Of a DNA stretch of 64,000 bases, positions 26,246 through 38,262 are shown in pieces (within the stretch, counting starts at the first letter, position 1; each line of letters opens with the position of its first letter). The DNA is from Macrostomum lignano (taxonomy: Eukaryota), in the NCBI GenBank assembly GCA_002269645.1, contig NIVC01000505.1:1-64000 (forward strand), given 5' to 3'. The notes under the pieces are model-generated. The model worked only from the letters and a program-made list of their open reading frames with translations. It did not search any database and was not told where the DNA came from. The position numbers and the translations under genes were made by a program.

Positions 26246-26659
26246 GAGTGAATGCTCCATGATCTCATTATACGAGCGTAGTAGCCGTCTATGTTTTGGT
26301 ACGTCTTTGTGGGTCTTAGATTGTCTTTTAAATGTTTTGTTGTGTCCTCGTAGAGTCCCTCGTGATGTGTCAGTGTTTCTTGATGTGTCTTTGTAGTGTG
26401 TCTTTATGCGTTTTAGTGTGTCCTGAATGTGTTTTGGTTTAGGTGTTCAGATTTTTCATGTCCTGAAAGCAATTGGAGCTAAAAGGCTGACAGTCCAAAT
26501 AAATTCAGAAAATTTTTTGTTGATTCTATAAAGTTTCTAGACTTCTAACTGCACTTTACTGCAGCTGTATATTTAAACGATATCGAAATTATTAGCAGAA
26601 AAGTTCGTATTTTTTAAGCTTGATAAATCTCAAGCCGTACGAGCGTGCGTGACATCAAA

Positions 26660-28086
26660 CTACAGACTGTCACATTGAATTTCCAACTCACTGCTGACGT
26701 TTGACTTCTCAGCCTGAAGCATCTCAAGCTTTTTCGCAATAACCTCGAGTTTTTTTCGATCCCGAATAGTCATCGAAAGGCTGCCGTCCTTCTCCCTAAT
26801 GGTAGCTTGTTCCAAACTGAACTGGAGATGCTCCGGACAGTCACTGTAATGAGCCAGGACTAGCAGCTCTTCTAGATCGGCGTCTTCTTGCATCTCATCG
26901 TACCAATCTTGAACGTTGTAATCGTTTTTCTGAAGCAGCTCAGCTTGCAGGCTCCAGCCAATGCAACGGAAATTAAAGTACAAATGTGAGGCCCCAGCAG
27001 CTGAAAGCCTTGCTGAGATGAGAGAACCAGTGATGGCCGGTAAGAAGTGAAACTGAGCCTCTTTTAGGCTGGGAATGCAGAATCTCCAGGCCCAATCGGG
27101 ACCACGATCGTCAAGCAGGCTTGCTGTAAGGCTTCCACTTGAACTCCACGCTCTTTGCACCCTATGACTGACAAGTTGTTGCGCTAACCTGGCTGCTTCA
27201 GCTCGATTTGACTGTCTTAACAGGGCTATTATTGTCAGGCACATCCGCGTACATTGAAATACCTCTGGTAGTGAATTTAGCCTAGAAAGTAGAAGGTCGA
27301 TTAGACAAGTTTCTGATTGAAGATCATGGATGCACCTTTGAACTGTTCGATAGGCTTTTAAGAGCTTTGTCGTGCTGGTTGGATCTACGTTGGAGACTGA
27401 GTTTGGCTGACCGGTCAGTGGCAGCAGAGTGAACGGGTGAAAGAAGAAGCAATTTGAAGTGAGCGTATCGACATGATTTCGGATGGAATCGACAACAAGG
27501 TTTACGTCATTTCGCAGCTTCGACAAGAAACGTCTAACTTTTGATTTAGTAGAATTAAAGTCTCCACAAGTTGTGCCAGCATTCTTAAAGTAAAGTGAAA
27601 CGTTTTCCATAAAGAAGTGCGGCATGCAAACGTCCCGAGAATGGCTCCAATCAAGAAACTGAAGCATGAGATCCAGAGACTCCTTGAGCAAGGTAACAAT
27701 GTTGAAGCTTTGCCAAGCAGTAGTATCAGAGCTATACTTCTCCATCATAAAGAAAAGCAAGGTTTTTGCGTGATAGGTTTTCAGCCCTCGCGTATTGAAT
27801 TCTTTTGGTAGCTGATGCTTAAATATGAATTTGAGGAGAATGAACAATTGGCCTTGAATTGAGTTCAAGCTCCTCATAATTTGCTTCTCGTGCAGGCTGA
27901 AGCTAATCCTCAATTCGTTTGATTTATTGGGTCTATAAGCTCTGACTAGATGCACATTGACTGGCTGAGGGATGATTAACTGACGAATTTTCTCTTCGCA
28001 AAGGCTGCTACAGCATGGAAACGCTTGGCATGTGTCCTGGGCTGGTCGAACGCCGCATCCGTCAATTCTCACAGCCGGATTGCCAC
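26660..28086 (-). CDS. Exon 3 of repeat-ankyrin-cGLR: Mab-21/cGAS C-lobe and helical C-terminal extension
   Basis: Acceptor aacttcag|GT (phase 1). QDTCQA is the candidate third acidic residue. VHLV...ELRISFSLHEK...GQLFILLKFIFK...LKTYHAKTLLF...CMPHFF is the Mab-21 signature. Confidence 0.88.
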
Positions 28087-29208
28087 CTGAAGTTAGCAGA
28101 TTGCATTTAATTTTATACGATTTTCAGCGCACGGGTGGGTGTATTTTGATGCCTGACTTTGTTTTCAGATAAAATTAAAATTAACAGAAGCTCACAGAAG
28201 GCACGATAAAATAAGAAAACAGCCATGGTATAGTGTGCTAATTTAAATTGAACAACAATACTTTTAGTTGTCGGTTTGAGATCCTTCACAAATTATTTTC
28301 TATAGCTATCTCCAAAGTGGGAGCGTATAACTCGTTATTTGTGTATTATTTTGCCGCCAGCTGTTTATTTAATCTATGCTCTTGATCTCTAACTGTAATT
28401 TCATGTGTTTTATTTGCTCCATGGCCCGACCAAGAAGTTATGAGCAGCAGGCAATCCCGAATATCTCTTTAGTTCTTCTTTGACTTCGAAAGGTACGAAA
28501 TATGCGAGTACAAACTGTCAGTCTCTCGGTTTTTAATTGTCAACAACCGAAGGACAGAATTTTCTCAGTTTTTTGTTTTAAATTTTCGGTTTTCACGCAC
28601 CAGGTTAAAATTTAATGTACCGATCGACTTCTGGTTGCAAATTAAGCTAGTAGCTACGAGCTACAAGTAAGCGGTTTCCTTCAATGTTGTTTAAGAAGTT
28701 TCTTCGACATAAACAACTGAATTACGAGTAGAAATAAGCTAGACTTTTCTCTTAGAAAGTTTTCGTAGAGCTGGAGGCCGATAAGGAACGTATACTCCTC
28801 AGAACCTTAAAAAATGTAAATCTACAACCAGAGAACGGATAAATTCGGTCAAAAAAACTTGCATTGAAAACACCCGATATATAGTGGCCTAGTAGTTCAG
28901 TTGTCTATGCGGGTAAGCAAGCAAAGTTTCGCTGAAGTTTAATTTAGTCGTTACACAAAGTAAATTTTTGTGAAATTTTTGCACATAAAAACTGTATTTT
29001 TTACGCTTTCACTTATTTAGTTTGATAAACTTTGGATAAAGCACGTACGACGTACTTGCTTCATTTTCACTCACAGTTCTCGAGTACAGTGTCATTTTAA
29101 TCAAGTTTTCTGGGTAGTTCGAAAGTGACTTAACTTTCTTTCGTTTTATGTCGATACAATCGAAATCTTGAACTTTCAAAGACAATTCTGAATTGAGTTC
29201 GAACTTAC

Positions 29209-29570
29209 CAACGATAGTTGATACTTGTGTATGACCATCCACCAATGTTAGTCTAGCGACGCCTGCGCATTTACAGCCGCCTTCAAGATGGAATAATTCG
29301 TCACCAGCAATTACGGTCCAGTCGATGTCAGAGTCTGACGCTATTTTTCCATTCAAATGTTTTAAACTGAAGCCCCAGCCTTCAGAGTAGCTTCCAGTCA
29401 TGTATCGTGATTCCTGCGTGAATGCCTGAACTAATTCTTCCAGCGAATCAGCAACCTCATGTTGAAAATGTACCCTGGTGAGCTTGAAGCCAGCATTGTT
29501 GAGCAGACGATGCAGATCTTCGCTCAGTCTCTCATCAACTTGTTGTTCCTCAGCTAGAAGTTTCGCGAAT
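29209..29570 (-). CDS. Exon 2 of repeat-ankyrin-cGLR: nucleotidyltransferase catalytic motif
   Basis: Acceptor ttcttaag|A and donor G|gtaagt. Open throughout: FAKLLAEEQ...YMTGSYSEGWG...DSDIDWTV, i.e. GS...DxD. Confidence 0.88.
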
Positions 29571-29812
29571 CTTAAGAATAGAGCAAAAATGAAAATTGAG
29601 TTTCAAATCAAGTTAACCCTGTAATACCGCAAAATTCTATTTAAAACTGAATAGAATACACACTTACTTTGGTTGAGTAACTTGTAACTCAGTTTCTTGT
29701 CTGTACTGCTTCCTTTCGTCTGTAATCCTATGGAAGAAATGAGGATATTCGAAACATTGCAGCACTTTAAATTGCCTATAATTATTGTTGATTTAATCAA
29801 GGTTTAACTTAC

Positions 29813-31983
29813 AACGCAATCGAACCAATATGATGTTGAAGTTTTTCAAGCACATCAAAATGTTGGAATTGTTCAGCCAACTGAGCACAGCTCTGTCCGT
29901 TCCGGTCACGATGTTCGATGTCTGATCTGCTATCGATCAACGCCATGGCAACTCGAATATGACCAGCAATGCAGGCTCGAGACAACGCAGTCCTACCGAA
30001 CTCGTCCTGAACACTTACCGATGCGCCTTGAGCGAGTAGATGCTCTGCTAATTCGCACTGTCCAGAATCTGCGGCTAGCATTAGCGACGTGCTGCTCGAA
30101 TCGATCGGTTCGTCAATTTGTTTCAAGTGTTGCAGCAGGTTAAATACTATTGGAACGTAGCCATCCGAGATGCACTTGGCCATAACTGGTGCAGGAATTT
30201 TATTCTCATTTGAGCAGCTTATTGCGCTGCGCACTAAATCGTGCAGCATCCTGTCTTCAAAAATGAATTCGCAATTTTCGGGACTGAAAATCTGCTTTAT
30301 TTTGTTTCGACCAGCGAATTGTAGAATGCCTAAAACAAAATTCCAATGGCCATGCGAGATTGCAACCTTTACGACCTCAATGCAGCAAAGGTTTTTGCTA
30401 GCTTCGCAACTAATAACTAGAAGCAAACGTTTGACCACTTCAATTTGGCTTCTTGCTGCAGCGACTTTAGCTGCCTCTGTGCAGAGCTTCTCTTTAGCCG
30501 TTTGGTCTGAAACTTCTTGCACCATGCTGATCACCATATCCCACGAGCGCTGCCGGGTGGCCGTCTCGACCAAGCGAATCCAGCAGGCGTCCCTGGTGCT
30601 TGGTTCACTGATGTTCCTAGCAGCAGCCTGAGCTTGCTCCCAGCTGGGCCGAGTGTATCTAGCTGCAATCATTGCCAAGTCGGCGCTGCATTGATCCTTC
30701 AGTGGAAGTTCGCTGATTGTTGTCCTGGCTAGGTTAGCCATCTCCCAGTTGCAGTTATGGGCTGCTGCTTTGGCGGATTCAATGCAGGTGAATATAACAA
30801 TGCCTTTGTCTTTTATTTCCGCTAGAAAATAATTAAATTCAGCTGACGCGCCCCAACAAGCGGCAAACTCTGCAGCGCTGCTGCAGGCATGGCTTCGAAC
30901 CGATTGATCTGCTATCAGACCCGCTGTGTACTTACTCGTCTTCCAGTCTCCTACAGAAGCAGCAGATTTCATGATTCCAGAGCAGCACTCATCTTTCAGA
31001 TTTGTGTCAGAAATACTTTTGAGTTGCTGCCTAATAAATTCTGGTTTACTAAACTCGGAAGCGGATCTGGTCAAAATGGAAACGCGTAGTTCTTCCTGTA
31101 GACGTTGATCAGAAATTGTTGGTAATAATTGGTGCACAACATTCCGATGGCCTTGAGATGCTGCGGCTTTAATAGAGTTACTGCAGCATTGGTCCTTATG
31201 ATTAGGATCCGAGATGATGCTCAGAATGCTGGACACAACTTCGGCATAGCCTTGACTAGCAACATAGGAACAAATCTTATTACAGCAATCGAGCCTCACG
31301 TTCTCATCAACTATGGATTTAACGAGGCCAATAACTGTAGTCCACTGGCTCTGGAACTTCGCCGGCCATTCAATGTCCTCGAGGCGAATGTCACTTGATT
31401 TCTCCTTGTCAGTCAATAAGTTAACGTACGCAGCCATCTTGTCACGACAGTGTGACGCCGCTGATGCGGCCGCTTTGCGACAAAATTCATCTCTGGCGTT
31501 CGGATCGGACATGAGGTGGACTAGATTAGTGACTAAGCTCCAGCGATCTTTCTCGCTTGCAGACATTGCTGCAATAATGCACACGGAATCCCGAATTTTC
31601 AAATCTGAAACGAGTTTAACAACTCTCAAGGCCGTTCTTTTCTCGCCCCACTTGGCTGCCCGTTGAGCCAATTCAGAGACGCACTGCAGCTTCAGGTCTT
31701 CATTTTGAATGATCGTTATTACGCGAATGGCCACGGCCCATTGGCAATTTATGGCTAGCGTTCTAACCGCGACTGCGCAACGATGATTTCTCGTACTTCT
31801 ATTGTCGATAGCTACTAAGAACTGGGCCATAGATTCCCAGCGACAGTTCCGTTGCGAAATAACTATCAGCTCTAGTAGAAACTCGTCCATATCTTCAGCG
31901 TTCAGTTTCTGATTGACTGACAAAACATTGACAAACTGTCTAGCCATGAAAGCGTCTCCGTTTTCAGCTGCGGATCGAGCCAT
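29813..31983 (-). CDS. Exon 1 of repeat-ankyrin-cGLR: ~15 helical 33-aa repeats + 3-4 ankyrin repeats
   Basis: Repeats ISD...kD.CC..aa..AA..G.W..v..l, then TSLMLAADSGQCELAEHLLAQGASVSVQDEFGRTALSRACIAGH...DRNGQSCAQLA. The ORF's stop lies inside the donor TT|gtaagt (29813/29812), phase-matched to exon 2. Confidence 0.85.
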
Positions 31984-32839
31984 TTGACATCAGGCGAGCT
32001 GAAGGTCGTCTCGAGATCCAAACAGGTCAATAAGTCGGACTATCGTTGGCATGATAAATGTGCAGCGATTTTTAGCGGAAGCTTGCCGTAACAGCCAAAT
32101 ATTTCTGCTTTGCCTCGAATACGTCTCGCCCCGCGATCTATTTGTATTAGTTGGAACATTACAAAAGGTGCGTTTGCGGCTTACCATTGAGCCGTTACTA
32201 CCGATTTCCTCAAATAAAATCTAGACTGTTGCAGAGTATGCTGGGTGTGTTACTGCCTCTGATTTTTGACGAGCGACACACTATATCGTTCTTTTTTACA
32301 TTGCAAAGAGCTAAATTATCATGCCACGGAAATGCGGCCATAACTGTAGACTACTCGTGTGCATGTACAGGGGTAAAGTAGCAAAAATACGTACTGCTCA
32401 ATTAAAGCATGACGTACACAGCATTCTAAGACCACTGCAGAGAACTTGTGCTGATAGAAACACTGTCGACACAGATAAAAATTTGGTCTGTATTTTTACT
32501 CCAAATGCGACTTCTTGATTTGTATAAGTTGATTGAACTTGCAGACACAAATTGAAAGATACATGGTACACTTTTACATGTAGCCGCATGGTGGCACTTC
32601 ATGCGATCACCATTAGTTACCCAGCGTCACCCCAGATACATGTAATTTACATGTACACGAGCTAACTCATATTACGTACTGCATATACGTACCCCCGAAT
32701 TATTCTTTCCTAGAAACAACAAGTAAATGTAAGTTCACATGAAACTGTACCTATATATGGACTATATACATTGTACAGTACAGTTATATCAGTCAATATA
32801 TCTACATGTATGGTGATGCTTGATCTGTGGGCGAGCAGT

Positions 32840-33000
32840 CTAGGTCCAATGGGTAAAGAGAGGGACGGCGAGACAAGCAGGGAGAATTTTTAAGGTAGAG
32901 CTAATCCGCAGATTAACTAACCCGCCGCCACCAGCCAGTGCACCGGCTCACCAAACCGGAGCTTTCGAAATCGGGCTTCCGACTAGAAGGGGCTTTGCAC
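32840..33000 (+). repeat. Diverged dispersed repeat shared with ~22165-22315
   Basis: See the 22165-22315 entry. Confidence 0.6.
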
Positions 33001-34195
33001 TTACCAGCCAACGAGTGTCTTTTTGCTATCAATCTCGAAGTCATAGCCGATGATAAGGGACACCGCTGGGACTCGATCGTATTGGCCATGCAGGTACAGA
33101 TGGGACTTGTGCAGGGGATTCTTGCAGTGGCGACACTATGGGGTAGCTACATGTACTTTTACATTGCTAAATAAACTAAATTACTTTTGGCCTTCAACGC
33201 GCGAACCAGCCTCTCGTAGCGCTGATGATAGACTAACTCGAACTTTAGAGATGTTGCTGCGGGCTGACTAATTTTGCCCGAGCAGATTTAGGTTTATATG
33301 TATCCCCCAGTTGCACTGGTGCAGCAGTCTATGGTTTAATTGTTTATTTCATTTATTTGCACTGGAACTGAGTGCAAATAAATGATAACTGATGGATACA
33401 TCAAATATTCCCCATTTATACCCCTTTTGGCCGCGCCGAATAAGTCTACATGTATGGTCCAATTTAAAAGACGTTTATCTGTCCCGGCCAAATAAATGAT
33501 TCAACTAAATAAGACAAACGAATGAGCCACAAGAAAGTACTCAAACAAATACATGTACAAGCAACAGATTATAAAAGTGAGTCAATGGGTCCTAACAGAT
33601 CAACTCAATCAAAGTAGACAATCAACCCGCACAACTCCACATTGACCCCCCCCCCAAATCACAGAACTCACCAGTTGTCGTCGACATCACTACCAATCAC
33701 ACCTTCAGACCAGAGTTTCTCTTAGGACGTCGGCTCTCATTGAATTCCCCGTCCTTCCAGAGGCTCCATGGCTTTCCATGGTTGAACAAGTAGTATTGCA
33801 GCATGCTGAAAATAATCCTTCAACATAGAAGTGCCATAGCGATCACCACATTAATTTAGGATCTCTAAGATAAAACACTTAAGAACGTTGAGTAGTTGAG
33901 ATCGCGCTTGCTCAAACTCGGAGCGGGTTGCGGGTGCCAATGGCAAGTCACTAAAGACAGCTTCGACTTCAGCAAGACTAAGTGATTTAAAGCAGATAAC
34001 TCGAAAATGTCACAGAAAAGGTTTAGTAGAGACATTTTTAGTCTAATGGATAGAGACAACTACTCACTCTTAAATACCCAACACAGTCGTTTTTGTGAAC
34101 GGCATCAAATCAGCACTTCTCTATGGTTAAAATTTACAATGTTAATATAGCCAAACGGGTTATAAATTAATATTATTTCTGTTTATTTTAGTCTA

Positions 34196-35935
34196 CCGGG
34201 TACGCAAAAAGTATCTGGACACTTGCATGTGTTGCAGAGAAGGACAGATAAATATGCACGTGTTGTACCCAAAATCAATGAATTTTCACATCGCAACTTA
34301 ATGCAACAAATTGTCGTAGCTCGTTTTTCAGCAAAGTGGCCAACGCAACAGGTCGGTCTATTTTCACCTGGAAAGGTTATAATGGCTTAATTAAAGGTAG
34401 ATGACGTAAATCGCGAAATTTCAAGCTCGTGTTCCATTTAACAACGTAAAAACGAATTTTTCTAAAATGCGAACAAGAGAAACGTAACGCGGGCATTGAG
34501 CAACAAAAGTGAAACTTAATTTAAAGAAGCGGTCGCTTTTTCTAACAGAGTTCAAGATCGTCAGACTTCCTCGAATCAATCACCTGGCCCACTTGCTGCC
34601 ATGTGCTGCTCAAATGGTTCCAACAAGCGGCTCTGCATGCCAGACTCGATTTAATCCACGATTGGAGAACCTCCTTGGGCAATCACCTTCTCAAGACGAC
34701 CACGAAACGCTTTGCAGCATCTCACCAGATATTCCGGAGTCAGCTCTGATTCCCAAGCCTCATGAATGGCAGATCTCAGCGAGTCCAGGGACGTGTGGAA
34801 GCTTCTGCAGGCCCGCTTGTCAACCTGGTTCCAGATCGAAAAATCCAGGGGATTTAGATCAGGTGAGTAGGCTGGCCAGTCCTCCTTCAGCCAGACGCGC
34901 TTGCGCCCGAAGTGAGCGCTGAGCCAGGCCTGCACGTCATTGCGAGTGTGTGCTGGAGCCGAGTCCTGCTGGAAGCGAAAGTTCCAGCCATCTGCAAAAC
35001 TGCCATCCGGCCGCACCTTGTCGGGATAGTTACTGCGAATCCAGTGCAGCACTTTCTGGAGCACATCAAGGTACCCGTCTCCATTCAATCGGTACCCCTT
35101 GTCAAAAAATATTGGCTGCATTTTCTTGCCATCAGAAGCGACGAGGCCGAAGACCATGATGGTTGCTGGGTGCTTCATCTGTGGCGAGTTGAAGGCGTCC
35201 CGCTCCTCACTGCTCCTGGCCAGCACGCGCGAAGAGCTGCGATTCCGGTAGGGTGTCTGCGTGAAGTTCTTTTCATCCGTGAAGAAGATGACTTCAACTC
35301 CGGGAGAGGCCTTGAGGTCATTCAGGAGCCTCCGTGACCGTTGAACCCGAAGCCCCAGCTGATCCGCGTTCAGCATGGGGATCTCCCTCTGCACGAAGCT
35401 CCTGACGCCCATCTCGAAATGCATTGCGGACATTGCTCTCATGCACTCCTTCCTCTCGGGCAATTTGCCTCATCGTCTTCGTTGGGTCTTCTGCCCGCTT
35501 GGCTTCGAGGTTGGCCATGAAGTCTGGTGTCCGGACTGTCCGCGGCCGTCCCGATTTCTCCTTCGGTTCCAGGCTGTCGCCAGAATCCAGCAGCTTCTTC
35601 CAATCACCGACGGTGCTCTTACCTACTGAGTACTTCTCAGCACACATTCGCACGCTCATTCCAGAAGTCAAGTCGGTAGCGACGCTTCTTGAGATCCAAG
35701 GAATAGCTTGCCATTTTGTGACAACTTGGGGTGGCAAATCCGCGGATTGAAAACGAAGCTTTCGAAATAAAAGGATGAACAGCATGAGTCCATTTTGCAT
35801 ATCAGGGTTAAAATTCCAGGCAGAAGTTGGGCCATAGACATATTATACAAATGATGCTTTAAATTGCCGGAGTATGTCAAACTCTCGGAAAGCAAGGCCA
35901 ACAAGATTTTGTCCGGATACCTTTTGCGCACGAGG
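34196..35935 (-). mobile_element. Tc1/mariner-superfamily DNA transposon (maT-like), defective
   Basis: Imperfect 26-bp TIRs CCGGGTACGCAAAAAGTATCTGGACA (34196, preceded by TA) vs CCTCGTGCGCAAAAGGTATCCGGACA (reverse complement, ending 35935), 21/26 identical. Encloses a transposase. Confidence 0.9.
34651..35714 (-). pseudogene. Mariner-type DDD transposase with two frameshifts
   Basis: MASYSLDLKK (ATG 35714), then a shift to HTH regions ...SGRPRTVRT...MRQIARE. A second shift near 35415 leads to the catalytic FFTDEK / FQQDSAPAH / YSPDLNPLDFSIW. Confidence 0.88.
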
Positions 35936-36545
35936 CTTCGCCTCGGTCAAGAAACGAGTCCTCTGCTTTTGCTTCAGACTACAGAAATAAATAACTTTCA
36001 TTTAACTGAGTGTAATCATAGACTATTTTATTTACCTGTATATGTATCGAGCACAAAAAGGCACACCCCTTTAAATGGAATAAAATAAAATAGAAAAGCA
36101 AAAGCTGCTGAGAGGGCATCAGCCGAACAAGTTAGAGAACAAGTTGTCAAAACAGACTTGTAACAAGAGGTCGCATGATTTACTTCTCGAGCCGCTTGGC
36201 AAATCTAGAGTGTATAAAATTACATATCTCTAGCACCGATTTTGCAATATTGGCAGTTCCACTAACTGATTTGATAGATTGATCGACTGAGAACTGCCTT
36301 TCCATTGGTCCACTGTGACCGGGGCCTGCTAATTTAGCTCCTCATCTGAGCCATCAGCGAAAAAGAAATAAATCCGATAAAAATAACTGTCCGATCAGGG
36401 ACAACTAAAACACTCGGGACGCGAAACGAGCAAAATCATGGTGAAAAAATTTGGGGGCTCGTTTAAGTCTATGGGCGCCCAGTTTTTCATCCATTAAAAT
36501 CATGATCAAACTGTTTTCCAAACATTTTTTGTAATTTTTAAATAA

Positions 36546-38262
36546 CAGCCGGCGCTGAACCTGGCCGGCGACACCCCGGAGGAGCGCAGGAATGAATTGC
36601 GCGACTTCTTCACTGGCGTCGTGAGCGCGCCCGCGTCGCCGCTGCCTGCCAGTTTTGCGCTTCCTCTGGACACGCCGCTCCTAGCTGAGGAGGACTTTTG
36701 CACCAGCCCGGTCACCACGGAGGACGTTGTGCTGTTCGCTCAGAAAACATCAGGCGAAAAGGCGCTCGGCCCCGACGAAGTTCCGGTCGAAGCGCTGCGG
36801 CTCCGCTGTGTGGCCTCCCAGTCCACAGGTGTCATGAACCGCATGCTCGCCGGCGCCCCTGCGCCCACCGAGTGGACCGTCTCGCAAATCGTGCCGATCC
36901 CAAAGAAGGCAGGGACAACGCGGAAAGAAGACCACCGTAACATCTCGCTGATGTCCTGCACCGCGAAGCTTTTCAACCGGCTGCTGCTCGATCGCCTGCA
37001 GTCGGTGCCGGACCTATACCTGTGGTACGAGCAGAACGGATTCTGGCCCCAACGCGGTACAGTGACCCAGATCCTGCACTCGGTCGTGTCATCGAGGAGG
37101 CGCGCATCCACCAGTCTACGCTGATCATTGTCTTCGTTGACTTTCGAAAGGCGTTTGACTCGTGTTGAGAACCGCGCTTCTCTTTGTCCTTCGAGCCTAC
37201 CGGGTACCCCAGCAGCTAATCGACGCTATCATGGCGATGTATTGCGACACTCGAGCTGCTAGCTGTGGTGACGGCGGACGGCCTGTCTGACCTGTTCGAC
37301 ACTTTGTCAGGAGTTCTGCAGGGCGACACGCTGTCGCCCTTCCTCTTCGTGCTGCTGCTGGACTGGGTGCTTCGGACCGCACTCCCTTAATTCGGCTGAC
37401 GACGGCTTCTTGCTGCGCAGACGTATCGGTCGCCGCCACGGCGAAAAGCGCCTGAGCGTGTTTGGCTACGCCGACGACCTCGCCCTCCTGTCCTCGTCCG
37501 TTGAAGGCGCCCAGCGCCAGATCGACAGGCTGGTTGAGGTGGCATCGAGCGTCGGTCTGGTTGTCAACACGCTGAAGGCCGAGGTGCGGACTGTGCCGGC
37601 CGACATCACAGCGGACCTGACGTTCCGCGGCGCAGACGGGCAGACGACCAGGCTCGCACGCAGCCAGCGGTTCACCTACCTCGATAGTCTGGTGCCTCAC
37701 GTGGAGGAAGACCTCTGGCGGCGCAGAGGACTTGCCTGGGCGGCCTTCCGTTCGATCCGAGCCATCCTCCAGTCCGAAGCGCTGTCGACCGCCAGAGGGC
37801 TCGGCTGTGACAGGCGGTGGTCGAAACCGTCCTGCTCTACTACGCCGAGACGTCGACGCTAACGGCTACGCTAGAGTGGCAGCTGGACTCGGCACACTCA
37901 AGGCTGCTCCGTGCGGCCTTTCGAGCTGACGAGAGCGTCGGGACCGAGGCCCTGTACGATCGGGCCGAGCTGCAGCGCCCGTCCACCATCCTGCGCCGGC
38001 GGCGACTTCAACTGGCGGGCCACGTGTTCCGAGCCGAGGGCTACTGCCCCCAACCTGTTAAGGACGTTCTGCTGCTCACCTTGCAGGGGCCCGTTCAGGC
38101 GGGGTCAGGCCCAACGTGGATACGTGGACTGCCTCCTACGCAACGCCGGGGCGCCCGACACTTTCGTCCGCTCTAAGGCTCTGCGGCGCGCCATCTGACG
38201 CACCTTGCTCTAACTGTGAACTTGCATGCGGGTCTGCATACTTTGTTGTTTGTTGTTGTTGT
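36546..38262 (+). mobile_element. 5'-truncated, frameshifted non-LTR retrotransposon (RTE-like reverse transcriptase)
   Basis: KALGPDEVP, IVPIPKK, RNISLMSCTAKLFNR, FVDFRKAFDS, GVLQGDTLSPFLF, GYADD and RRRRLQLAGHV are spread over different frames. (GTT)n-like 3' tail at ~38243-38262. Confidence 0.88.

Noticed and set aside
29809-31983. Bacterial contamination or recent horizontal transfer of the long intronless repeat ORF
   Set aside because: It ends in a canonical splice donor phase-matched to downstream exons and sits among intron-containing animal genes. An ancient origin of the repeat cannot be excluded.
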